Part shown: positions 37,552 through 47,085 of the stretch, in pieces
Numbering within the stretch: position 1 is the first letter of the stretch
How the letters are laid out: each line of letters begins with the position of its first letter
Assembly (NCBI GenBank): GCA_905182715.1
Contig: CAJJCP010000028.1
Coordinates: forward strand, 12,592 to 76,591
DNA: 64,000 nt
Direction of reading: 5' to 3'
From: an uncultured Candidatus Poseidoniales archaeon
GTDB taxonomy: Archaea; Thermoplasmatota; Poseidoniia; Poseidoniales; Poseidoniaceae
The notes under the pieces: generated by a model
What the model was told of the DNA's origin: nothing
The model's database searches: none
What the model saw: only the letters and a program-made list of their open reading frames with translations
Position numbers and translations under genes: made by a program

Positions 37552-40512
37552 TTGTATGAACATCGCACCATTTCCCTTATGAGGCATCAAACCAGCCCGT
37601 CAACAGTGAATCCAATGCGCACGACTGTTTCTCCCTCCGAGCCGCGCTTCCAATGGCAGATTCTTCAACATCGGAACGCCTTCAAATCGTTCTCCTTAGC
37701 GGCCTTGATGGTGCTCTCAACATTTGCTGCAATCCCGTATATTTCGATGGATGCCCTCGCCGCTTCTGACCAAGATGGAGATGGTTTGACCTATGGTTTG
37801 GAATACCTCATGAATACCGCTCCAAATGACCCTGATTCTGATAACGACGGTTTGCCTGATGGATGGGAATGGCAATACGGCCTCGATCCTCTTTCGAGTA
37901 ACGGCGGAGATGGCGCAGTTGGCGATCCTGATGGCGATGGGATGTCGAATCTACAAGAGTATTCATACTTACAACCCCAAAATTGGGACAGCTCCTCAAC
38001 ACCTGGAGTTCTTGACATGGGTGTTTGGTGGAACGGTACAGTTCCAGTTAACGATTGGAATGAAGAAGGCGCCCTACAATACAACAGACCTGGCTGCGGT
38101 GATAGTGGCTCAGATGGCGTTGGTAGCGTGATTCTTTGTGACGAAGACCCCGTAGGAAATATTTGCACGAATGGTTTCGATGATGATAAAGACGGCCTTG
38201 TTGATTCTGCTGACCCAGATAATGATGGGGATGCAGATTGTTCTTCCAATGATGATGATGGCGATGGTATTGCTGATGAAGACGTGGCCGGTTGGGATAC
38301 TGACGGCGACGGAATGGATGACGGTTGGGAGGCTGCAAACGGCCTCAATGCCACATCCGCTTCCAATGCAGACGGACCGAACGGCGACCCTGACGGTGAT
38401 GGCTTGACCAACCTCATGGAATATGTCAATCCTTCATGGACAACGATGTGTGGTACTTCTCCTTGTTTCCGTAATGGCCCAGATGGTGTTGTTACTGAAA
38501 CTATTTCACCTTGCGACCCTGTTTCTGGAATTGGACCAGGTGGCTGTGCAACCTCTACTGCCGAAGTTGATGGTATTACGAGCACAAACCCCCAACGCGC
38601 AGATACCGATGGTGACGGATTAAACGACTCCTATGAGGCATTGACGCTCTTGACAGATCCAACATCTGCCGATACAGACCGCGATGGAATCGATGACGGC
38701 GTTGAAGTCAACGGCGCATATGGTATCCCTCCTCAACCCAGCAATCCCCGTGACAACAACACCGACGGTGACGCCTTTGATGACGGTGAAGAAGATACCA
38801 ATTTCAACGGTGTTTTAGATGCAGGTGAAACCGACCCTACGCGAATGGAAGATTCAGGCGATGAAGACAATGATGGTATTCAGAATTGGGAAGAAAATCT
38901 TTCATGCACGACATGGGATATTGCCGATACCGATTTTGGTGGAATAAACGATGGTGATGAGCGCAATATTTCACACGGAACAGACCCTTGTGACTCGATC
39001 ATCAATTTTGATACGACCATCGTCACTTGGAATTCAGGTACCAGCCAACTTCAAGTTACAGATGGAACCGGATTCAATCCAAGTGGTGGTGTCGGATGGT
39101 ACAACACTTCTGGTACATGGATTCCTTTTGCTTATGTGAGTACGGTGAATAATGCCATACAAGGGGTATCAACCGCTCCAAATGCTGGTGTGACGCAAGT
39201 CGCAAACCGCAACGGTTCTTTCTGCCATACATCGGCAACAGCCGCAGGAACGATTGGTACAACTCAGCAATATTGTGACGATGATTATTCTGATTCCGAT
39301 GGTGATGGCCTTGCAGATTGGCAAGAGTTACTGGGAACCTTCGGTTGGTTTTCGAACCCAACACTCGCAGATACAGATGCTGATGGTGTGAGTGATTTTG
39401 ATGAAGTCTTTGACAACACCGATCCGAATCAGCCTTGTACGAATTTACTCGATGAGGATTTAGACGGCTTGAACAATTATTTTGAAACGACAACTGGTTG
39501 TGACCTTTCTTGGATTGGAATCCTCAACGGTTCAACAGATGTGTGGATTACTGATGATGTGACGGGTGATACCGATGCCGGAGGCGTTGGAGACCGTGAT
39601 GAATATTTTGATGGTACTAACCCGCAAAACGATCCGACCGATGACTTATTGCCTGCTGATTTTGATGGCGATGGTATTCCTGATGCTGTTGAAAACCAAA
39701 CAGGAACTGATTGGACCAACCCTGATACTGACGGTGGTGGAATGATTGATGGCCTTGAATGCCCTCAGGAATTCTGGATTATCGGTTGTCAAGGTTCGCC
39801 TTTCGACCCGTTTGATCCAACCGATGATTTGATTTCATCTGAAATTGTCTTTTGGGCAAACAACACCACAGGTGTTGTTGACATTGATTCAATACATCGA
39901 TGGCGCCAAACGACCAATGATTTCTACACCGGTACAACCTATGCTCATCTTGAAGCAGTCCATCCATACGAATCGATGGTTCTTCCTTATTCGAATCTGA
40001 CGCATCTTGCAGACCTTACCTTTTCAAACGAAACTCTGGATTGGATGATTACCTATCAGAATCCATTAAATTCGGGTAATCTTCCCGTCCCATATTCACT
40101 TTCGAACTTATCGTTCTTTGTGGACCTTGCAGGGGAATTACAACGTTCCAATGATACACATAACGTCAATGTGATTACTGGGCCGATTCAAGAAATCTTT
40201 GTTCAGCAACCAGAGTACTTTTTCGATTGGGCAACACTTGCATCAACAACAGTGCCAGGTATAAATTCGAGTTATAATTTGGTTTTGCCACCCACCTTCA
40301 GTGATCCATCACACCCTCACTCCTACCTCCTCAACGTTACGACTGCAGTCATTACTGAGGCTGGTGCGACCAATGCATATGACAGTGCTGCGGCTTTGCA
40401 AACCTTCCTGACTGAAGGAAATGCAACGACTGATTTCAAGCGTAACTACGACGGTTCTGGAATCCCTTCTTCCGAAGATTTGAGCGTGACCTTGGTACAA
40501 GCCACTGCGTGA
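37552..40512 (+). CDS. Giant surface protein, segment 1 of 3: signal peptide plus thrombospondin type-3-like Ca-binding repeats. It probably continues by frameshift into 40490..42127.
   Basis: Signal-like FSLAALMVLSTFAAIPYISMDALAAS, then many D-x-D-x-DG-x-x-D repeats (DSDNDGLPDGWE, DPDGDGMSNLQEY, DTDGDGLNDSYE and others). The frame-1 stop at 40510-40512 lies just upstream of the transglutaminase Cys motif encoded in frame 2. Confidence 0.7.
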   Translation: MYEHRTISLMRHQTSPSTVNPMRTTVSPSEPRFQWQILQHRNAFKSFSLAALMVLSTFAAIPYISMDALAASDQDGDGLTYGLEYLMNTAPNDPDSDNDGLPDGWEWQYGLDPLSSNGGDGAVGDPDGDGMSNLQEYSYLQPQNWDSSSTPGVLDMGVWWNGTVPVNDWNEEGALQYNRPGCGDSGSDGVGSVILCDEDPVGNICTNGFDDDKDGLVDSADPDNDGDADCSSNDDDGDGIADEDVAGWDTDGDGMDDGWEAANGLNATSASNADGPNGDPDGDGLTNLMEYVNPSWTTMCGTSPCFRNGPDGVVTETISPCDPVSGIGPGGCATSTAEVDGITSTNPQRADTDGDGLNDSYEALTLLTDPTSADTDRDGIDDGVEVNGAYGIPPQPSNPRDNNTDGDAFDDGEEDTNFNGVLDAGETDPTRMEDSGDEDNDGIQNWEENLSCTTWDIADTDFGGINDGDERNISHGTDPCDSIINFDTTIVTWNSGTSQLQVTDGTGFNPSGGVGWYNTSGTWIPFAYVSTVNNAIQGVSTAPNAGVTQVANRNGSFCHTSATAAGTIGTTQQYCDDDYSDSDGDGLADWQELLGTFGWFSNPTLADTDADGVSDFDEVFDNTDPNQPCTNLLDEDLDGLNNYFETTTGCDLSWIGILNGSTDVWITDDVTGDTDAGGVGDRDEYFDGTNPQNDPTDDLLPADFDGDGIPDAVENQTGTDWTNPDTDGGGMIDGLECPQEFWIIGCQGSPFDPFDPTDDLISSEIVFWANNTTGVVDIDSIHRWRQTTNDFYTGTTYAHLEAVHPYESMVLPYSNLTHLADLTFSNETLDWMITYQNPLNSGNLPVPYSLSNLSFFVDLAGELQRSNDTHNVNVITGPIQEIFVQQPEYFFDWATLASTTVPGINSSYNLVLPPTFSDPSHPHSYLLNVTTAVITEAGATNAYDSAAALQTFLTEGNATTDFKRNYDGSGIPSSEDLSVTLVQATA

Positions 40513-42127
40513 AGGGAGTTGTTCAGAATTCAACACAGCATTCGTCACTATGGCTCGTCTTGCTGGATTGCCTGCCCGAATGGTGACCGGTTTCTCTGGC
40601 GGTATTTGGAACGGTGATGGTTATTCTGTTTACCCAACACATTTGTCCACATGGGGTGAAGTTCGATTGCAACAAAACTCTGCGAGTGGCGACACTGAAC
40701 TTGGATGGATTGCATTCGATGCCTGCCCCGCTGCTGAAGAAGTTGAAATTGTGAATCAAACTATTTCCTCTTTCACCTTTGACCGAGATGGTACGGTCTT
40801 GCTCAACGTGTCCGGGCAATTGCGCTACAGCGAAAACTTGTCCTCCATTTCAGAACATTCACTTACCGGATATCTTGTCCCAATGGCCTTAGAAAATGAA
40901 ATTCCTGGTCAGGCTGCAGTTCCAAACTTTGAGTTTGGTTCAGACATTACGCTTGCTGATGGAACCTTTACTTTCAACGGAACTCCTCCTGAATTGGACG
41001 GGCCGGGTATGTATCGAGTGGTTGTCAAACTCCTTCAATCAGGCTATGTTGCTGAAGCAGGAGTGATTTTTGAAGGATACATTAACGTGACAGAAGATTC
41101 AGTTCTCAGTCACACTGCTCCAAATGCAATCAATGCTCCAATTGCTGGTGCCGGAGCTTTAACAGTCATTGAAGGTAGGCTTTCATTGGAAAATGCCCCT
41201 ACGAATAATATTGCAAACATTGGAGTCAATGATTTGACGCCACCATCGGTCTGGTTGACCTATACATCTTCCGTGACCGGTTTCACAAACTTGAGCAGTT
41301 TCATGAACATTGACGGTACTTGGAGTTTTGATTTGAATCTCGACCCACTTGAAACGAAGACAAATCTTTCTGCAATTCTTGGATTCTCTGGATGGCAAGA
41401 TACGCAAGCAACCGGTATTACTCCAACTCAATTCCATTTGCGTCCTTCGACCACTTCGATTGTAATTGATGTGCGTGATGCGCCAAACTTGACCGCAACT
41501 CTTGAAGGGCCACTTGCCAATAACAGCGTCCTTCTCATCGGCGATAACCTATGGGTAAACGGTACGACTCTCACGACTGGAGCATCACCTGTGCCAATGG
41601 CAGGTAATCTTTCGCTGTCAATTCGAGAAAACGAGACTTCACAGGATTGGACTCAAGTGTTTAACCAAAGTGTTAACGGAGCGTTTAGCATCCAACATTT
41701 ACTTTTGGCAGCAGATGCTCAAGTCATGGCTGGAATTCTCGAAATTCAGATACGCTTCTTCCCCAACGCTATCGAAGCAACCGATGACGCGAATGTGACT
41801 GCAGGTGGCCCTTACCTACTGCGTGGCACGCTCATTTTCGAAGTACAAGCGAGTGCCCAATTAAGGGGGACAGATGCTACTGTCTTAGTCAGTGCAATCG
41901 ATCATCGTGGTGTGAATACAGACCTTCTTCTCTCTGGTAATTTTGATTTCACCTTCAATGGAAACTGGGTCAACACAACCGTCGATCCGCAAACTGAAAC
42001 AATGACTATCAACTGGTTGATTGATTCAACCCTCTTTGCTGGTGATTATATTTCATCACAATTCCATCAATGGTTCCGATTTGTATCAACCATCAATCGG
42101 CATGAGTACGGTTCGTGTTGCTGCTGA
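40490..42127 (+). CDS. Giant surface protein, segment 2 of 3: transglutaminase-like core and following beta-rich region, in the +1 frame relative to segment 1
   Basis: REGSCFRFNTAFVTMARLAGLPARMVTGF (Cys motif G-x-C...FV..AR.AGLPAR.V.G), then ...PTHLSTWGEV (His) and ...IAFDACP (Asp), a complete TGase-like Cys-His-Asp triad. The Cys lies upstream of the ORF finder's ATG at 40550, and there is no start codon between the frame-2 stop (40487-40489) and the Cys. Confidence 0.65.
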   Translation, partial: PWYKPLREGSCSEFNTAFVTMARLAGLPARMVTGFSGGIWNGDGYSVYPTHLSTWGEVRLQQNSASGDTELGWIAFDACPAAEEVEIVNQTISSFTFDRDGTVLLNVSGQLRYSENLSSISEHSLTGYLVPMALENEIPGQAAVPNFEFGSDITLADGTFTFNGTPPELDGPGMYRVVVKLLQSGYVAEAGVIFEGYINVTEDSVLSHTAPNAINAPIAGAGALTVIEGRLSLENAPTNNIANIGVNDLTPPSVWLTYTSSVTGFTNLSSFMNIDGTWSFDLNLDPLETKTNLSAILGFSGWQDTQATGITPTQFHLRPSTTSIVIDVRDAPNLTATLEGPLANNSVLLIGDNLWVNGTTLTTGASPVPMAGNLSLSIRENETSQDWTQVFNQSVNGAFSIQHLLLAADAQVMAGILEIQIRFFPNAIEATDDANVTAGGPYLLRGTLIFEVQASAQLRGTDATVLVSAIDHRGVNTDLLLSGNFDFTFNGNWVNTTVDPQTETMTINWLIDSTLFAGDYISSQFHQWFRFVSTINRHEYGSCCC

Positions 42128-45100
42128 AGTGGCATGGAATTTGAGTCTCAGTCAAGATTGGACTCACTTGGGCAATTCGAGTTATCTGTTTGGAGATATC
42201 TTTGACGCGCAATATACCAATATGAGTGTGCTTGGTGACAACATCACCATGCTTTCAATTATCATGCTGACACCAGATGGTATGCCAATTGACCTTTCAC
42301 AGGGATTGTTAGACAATACGACCGGAAGTTTCCTCCTCAACTTCACCATTCCAATGACGAACCCTTCCGATTCATACGAATTCCTTCTGAATATGGACTT
42401 CGACTCAATGGCACCGGCTGGCGGAGCATATTTCCGATTTGTCGATTCAGCTGTTCCACCCGCCCCACCCTCGCTTCCTTCAACACTTGTTGGTATTGAA
42501 TCTGAATTTGTTGTTAAAACTGAACGGAGTTCATTAATTGTTGAAGCCAACCAAGCCATCGACTTTAATGCGACCATTACTGATGTTGCAGACCAATCCA
42601 ACGTATCCGGTGCCGTAGTCGAATACATCTTGGACTGGGGCAATACCAATGTTTCACTGGGTCTTGATACTTCAGATTCTGAAGGTAATTCAACCCTCCA
42701 ATGGACTGCAACAGGTATTGCACCAGGCTATTACGATGTATTGGTAATTGTTTATGACGATTTGACCGACGCTCTCGGTCAAGGCAATTCACGCCGAACT
42801 GGTAACTCCTCTCTCGTCAATTTGACTGTACAAGTCCCGAGTGTGATTCGTATCGACTCGATTCCAACTGTTACAACAGCTGGATTGAATTTCAACGTTC
42901 TTGGACAAGTTCTCGATGGAGATAACGCTGCACGACCTCTTACAACTCCAGTTGAAATGTCCGCATTTTGGTTAAATAATCCCGATGAACTGTTGGTTGG
43001 GGCTTACCTCACAACTTCGAATGGAACCTTCAACATGAGTATTCCAACTGATACTTCCGGTAACGGCACTGAGCGTGGAAACAAGATTTTAGTTTTGAGT
43101 GTGAATGAAGATTCTTCGCCTTTCTACCTTACTTCCACTTCGCAGAATGGAATGTTGGTCATGGGTGTGAGTCAGTTTAACAATCTCCAGCCGCTTAATC
43201 CAGTCACAGTGAACCGTGGAGATACCGTCAATATTACAGGACGTTTGATGGAATCCTCTAATCTCTTTGCACCATTATCTGGATTTGATGTCGATATTCA
43301 ATTCCATGAAACATGGTTGGCAGGCACCCAAACAGATGGAGAAGGATATGCAAACTTTAGCCATCAGATCCCTATGTCACATCCACTTGGATTGATTATT
43401 GTATCATTGGTATTCAATGGTTCTTCAGACTTGTTGAATACCCAAGTGAACCTTTCAACCATTACCATTCGCTCGACGACCATCATGGTGGTTGACCCTA
43501 TTGCAGCAAATCCCGTTGCAGGTACTTCCTTCAATGTCACTGGTCGCGTAGTCAGTGATAATGGAAGTGGACTTGAACAACGTGATGGAAGCGTTTTGCC
43601 TTCGAACATTTTGTTCAGCCTTAATGGTCTACCAACAGGGTTCTCAGTCACAGGTGGTTCAGTTACCACTGGCGGTATATGGTCAGCCAACATCCTTCTT
43701 GGAGAAGGCTTTGAGGCTGGAAACAATTCTCTCGAGGCATCCTTTATTCCAAACGTCAACTATTACATTGGTTCGACGGTTAACACCTCGTTTGATAGTC
43801 GAGGGTTTACTTCACTGATCTTCGTTCAACCTTCACTTGATGGCATTGGTTTGCCGTCTTTGAATGACCGTACAGAACGTGGCAACGATGTCCAAATTCA
43901 GGTGCTCTTGCGCGACAATACACAGTCCGCAGTAGCAGCGCAACAGGTCATTGTGACGCTTATCGGTACAGATGTAAGTATCATCCTCACGACCTTTGAA
44001 AACGGAACTGGAGTTGGTATACTTACTGTCCCAAGTAACCAAACGATTGGTTTTAATGATCTTGAAGTGACTTTTGCAGGAACTCCAGGAACAACTGGTT
44101 TGATAGGCTCAAATGCCTCTACTCAATTCGTAGTTCTTGCTCAGACCAATTTGGTGATTTCATCCTCGCCTTCGACGCTTGTTGCAGGTGACTCATTCAT
44201 CGTTCAAGGAATATTGCTGGATGACCTCAACCAAACCCTTGCAATCAATGGCAACTCATCACTTGCAATTGTCCACCTTCTTGTCGATGGAATCCCAGTT
44301 TCGAGTATTGAAACAGATGCATTGACTGGAAACTTTTCCATTGGATGGACATTGCCAGAGGATACCTCTGCAGGTTCACACTTGATTGAAGTTCGTTTCC
44401 TTGGTGGACGTGACTGGGTTGACCCTGTAGGAGTCGGTGACCCTGCGAACCCAGATTTCTATCTTCCAAGCAGTGCTCAAATCAATTTTAACGTAAGTGT
44501 CCCTACGAAAATTATTCTTTTGACACCAACCGGCACAGTGGATCGAGAAGCAACAATGACCCTTGAAGGCCGTTTGCTTGATTTGGTAGATGTACCTTTG
44601 ACGAACCTTACTGTTGAAGTCTGGCTTGATGGACAATGGATGACCAATGTGACGACCGATGATACTGGACTCTTTACAGCCGTTTACCCAGTACCTGCCG
44701 ATGCCAAACTTGGTCCGCTTTCGCTTGAAATACGTTTTACTGGTACAACATTCTATCTGCCGAGTAACGCAACTGGAACCTGGACAATATACAGTCCTAC
44801 ACTGGTCACGGTTTCGATGGAAAGCCCTGTTGCAGTCGGTCAGAACACGACCATTACCGGTACTGTTGTCGATAACCAACTGATTGGGGTTTCTGGCCAT
44901 ACAGTTCAACTTGAAGTCGAAGGTCTCATCATAGCGACCATTGTTACAGATTCTGAAGGCCAATTCACCTTTACTTGGAATGTTCCTGATACCTTTAGTT
45001 TCGGCGACCATCTCCTGTTTGCAAATGTCGATGCTCAAGGTTACTACCGCTCGAACACGGGTAATACTTCCTTTTTCTTAGCCCACCGTTCCGATGTGAC

Positions 45101-46547
45101 GCTTATCTTTGATGAAGGCAAAGATGTAACTCGGGGTAATTTCTGGGCACTTTCGGGTCGTTTGTTTGACATCGACACGGTCAACAACGACGGCTTGAGT
45201 GGAATGGAAATCAGCCTTCGCTTAGATGATGTCGAGATTGCAACCTTGGTTACAGAATCGGATGGTAGCTGGTCAACACTTGTTCCTGCGACATCCGATT
45301 TAACTCGTGGTAACCATATTTTCACCATCTTCTTTGAAGGAACTGAAGCCCATCTTGGAACCGAAGCAACCGGTACTGCTACTGTATGGGCCAATGCAAA
45401 AATCACTATTGATGCAACCTCTGCCAATATTGTGGTACGTTCCGATTCCACCTTTGCACCGATTATACTGACTGGTTCAGTCTCTGAAATCGGCGGACTT
45501 GGTGAAGTGTTTGACAATGTCACACTGTATCTTGGTAACGGCTCACAATGTTTGGCTCAAAAAGACGGTGCACGTTGCTTAGAAAACCTCCTCATTGATT
45601 GGTCGAATGGAAACTTCTCTCTCACGACGACTGCACCTTCTTTCCTTAGTGCTGGAGCGCAATACCTGCATCTTGAAACACCTCGACAAGACGTACATTA
45701 CCTCAACTCGGCAAGTGTGAGTCACTTGATATTCGTCAAGATCAATGCGGATATCCTCGTTTCACTCGATGATGTCATCGAAGATAAACAAGAAGACATC
45801 GGTGGAAGCATTCTCATCACTGCACAAGACACTCAACAGGGCGTTGATGGGATTACAGTGACAATCTATCTCTATACCGAGAATGGGACGCAACTTTCCA
45901 CTCCACTGCAACCTCTTACCGATGCAGATGGTGTTGCAGAGTTTGATTTCAATTCAGACCCTCCTTTTGGCGATACAGATTCTTGGGGCGAATTATACTT
46001 GGAGATTCTTATCAATGACCCTCGTCTCTCAGAACAAACACTCTCTGATTTTGCTTTGCAGTCTGGTGAAGAATTTGCTCCTTCGTATGAATACCAAGAA
46101 GCAGCAACTGAAGTTCCTACATGGGTATACATCCTCACACTTCTCATCTTAGGGTTGGCAGGTGCAGGCACCGTACTTTACCGTCGCCGTAAGTCTTCGG
46201 AATTGATGGAAGAAGCCGCTGAAATCTTTGCCTATACTGCTGAGTTGTTGGCTGCGGGTGATTCCATCCGTGAATCGATCTTCACCTGTTATCAGAGTCT
46301 CTGTGCCACTTTCCAAGAACATGGATTCCTACGCCGTGATTTCGAAACAGTTCGTGAATTCGAGATGGCTATTCGTCAAGCAATGCCTCAAATCTCTGAT
46401 GAAGCGTTACTAGCTCTTGACAACATGTTTGAGCAAGCACGTTACAGTCGTGAGGAAATGGGACAGCAGCATCAAGAAGCAGCTCAACTTGCTTTGGAAC
46501 GAATGGGTCAAGAAATCTCAACACTGAAAGCGATTCCTGCACGTTGA
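42021..46547 (+). CDS. Giant surface protein, segment 3 of 3: more than 12 Ig-like/CarboxypepD_reg-like repeats, a TM helix and a cytoplasmic DUF4129-like tail. It is again in the +1 frame relative to segment 2, with the join at about 42060-42115.
   Basis: Repeating units of about 95 aa (for example TGTVVDNQLIGVSGHTVQLEVEGLIIATIVTDSEGQFTFTWNVPDTFSFGDHLLFANVDAQGYYRSNTGNTSFF). TM helix WVYILTLLILGLAGAGTVLY. The tail ...CYQSLCATFQEHGFLRRDFETVREFEMAIRQ...LALDNMFEQARYSREE resembles DUF4129, which typically follows TGase-like membrane proteins. Confidence 0.7.
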   Translation: MIQPSLLVIIFHHNSINGSDLYQPSIGMSTVRVAAEVAWNLSLSQDWTHLGNSSYLFGDIFDAQYTNMSVLGDNITMLSIIMLTPDGMPIDLSQGLLDNTTGSFLLNFTIPMTNPSDSYEFLLNMDFDSMAPAGGAYFRFVDSAVPPAPPSLPSTLVGIESEFVVKTERSSLIVEANQAIDFNATITDVADQSNVSGAVVEYILDWGNTNVSLGLDTSDSEGNSTLQWTATGIAPGYYDVLVIVYDDLTDALGQGNSRRTGNSSLVNLTVQVPSVIRIDSIPTVTTAGLNFNVLGQVLDGDNAARPLTTPVEMSAFWLNNPDELLVGAYLTTSNGTFNMSIPTDTSGNGTERGNKILVLSVNEDSSPFYLTSTSQNGMLVMGVSQFNNLQPLNPVTVNRGDTVNITGRLMESSNLFAPLSGFDVDIQFHETWLAGTQTDGEGYANFSHQIPMSHPLGLIIVSLVFNGSSDLLNTQVNLSTITIRSTTIMVVDPIAANPVAGTSFNVTGRVVSDNGSGLEQRDGSVLPSNILFSLNGLPTGFSVTGGSVTTGGIWSANILLGEGFEAGNNSLEASFIPNVNYYIGSTVNTSFDSRGFTSLIFVQPSLDGIGLPSLNDRTERGNDVQIQVLLRDNTQSAVAAQQVIVTLIGTDVSIILTTFENGTGVGILTVPSNQTIGFNDLEVTFAGTPGTTGLIGSNASTQFVVLAQTNLVISSSPSTLVAGDSFIVQGILLDDLNQTLAINGNSSLAIVHLLVDGIPVSSIETDALTGNFSIGWTLPEDTSAGSHLIEVRFLGGRDWVDPVGVGDPANPDFYLPSSAQINFNVSVPTKIILLTPTGTVDREATMTLEGRLLDLVDVPLTNLTVEVWLDGQWMTNVTTDDTGLFTAVYPVPADAKLGPLSLEIRFTGTTFYLPSNATGTWTIYSPTLVTVSMESPVAVGQNTTITGTVVDNQLIGVSGHTVQLEVEGLIIATIVTDSEGQFTFTWNVPDTFSFGDHLLFANVDAQGYYRSNTGNTSFFLAHRSDVTLIFDEGKDVTRGNFWALSGRLFDIDTVNNDGLSGMEISLRLDDVEIATLVTESDGSWSTLVPATSDLTRGNHIFTIFFEGTEAHLGTEATGTATVWANAKITIDATSANIVVRSDSTFAPIILTGSVSEIGGLGEVFDNVTLYLGNGSQCLAQKDGARCLENLLIDWSNGNFSLTTTAPSFLSAGAQYLHLETPRQDVHYLNSASVSHLIFVKINADILVSLDDVIEDKQEDIGGSILITAQDTQQGVDGITVTIYLYTENGTQLSTPLQPLTDADGVAEFDFNSDPPFGDTDSWGELYLEILINDPRLSEQTLSDFALQSGEEFAPSYEYQEAATEVPTWVYILTLLILGLAGAGTVLYRRRKSSELMEEAAEIFAYTAELLAAGDSIRESIFTCYQSLCATFQEHGFLRRDFETVREFEMAIRQAMPQISDEALLALDNMFEQARYSREEMGQQHQEAAQLALERMGQEISTLKAIPAR

Positions 46548-46553
46548 AGGAAA

Positions 46554-47054
46554 TCACCAGCGAAGGTGAAGTCGACCATTGAGGAAATGGGCACTGATTT
46601 CACTCGCTTCAGCCGGTAATGGGAGAATGCGTAGCAGGTCGTCATGGCCAGCTTCTTTTACGATAATGCGTAATTGGCGTTGAGTTTCATCTTGGAGAGT
46701 AGAAACTTCGATGTCGGAATTGTTTGCTCCATGCAGTGGTATCATGAGCCCATCCGGGTTCACAGTTCCGTGCAATTGGTCAACCATCCAAGCCAAACGT
46801 CGCTCAGGTTCGATTTCAGCGAGATGGGTTTCTGGAATCATTCCTGATGCAGTGAGGACGCGTTGATGGTTCATTTGGACTTCAGATAAATGTCCGGCTT
46901 GAATATGGAATTCCGCATGGAGTTGTTGAGGTTCTGCTTCAAGTCCCAATGTCTTTCTATCCATCGTTTTTTCAGTGACTTCATCGGAACTTTCTGTTTC
47001 CAAGTGAACTGTTTCCCATGTCGACATGGTGTATCGGTTGTGTGCGGCCTCCAT
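46554..47054 (-). CDS. Hsp20/alpha-crystallin-like small heat-shock protein (putative)
   Basis: The C-terminal LRILPLPAEASEISAHFLNGRLHL fits the LP...V....A.F.NGVL.I signature of alpha-crystallin domains; the N-terminal part is divergent. Start chosen downstream of the XPD stop. Confidence 0.4.
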   Translation of the reverse strand: MEAAHNRYTMSTWETVHLETESSDEVTEKTMDRKTLGLEAEPQQLHAEFHIQAGHLSEVQMNHQRVLTASGMIPETHLAEIEPERRLAWMVDQLHGTVNPDGLMIPLHGANNSDIEVSTLQDETQRQLRIIVKEAGHDDLLRILPLPAEASEISAHFLNGRLHLRW

Positions 47055-47085
47055 GAACCTTCGTCCTCCAACATTTGTATTCCGT

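Noticed and set aside
37791-38585. 264-aa antisense ORF rich in Ser/Pro
   Set aside because: Antisense to the GAT/GGT-rich TSP3 repeat coding region of the giant gene; a typical repeat-driven shadow ORF.
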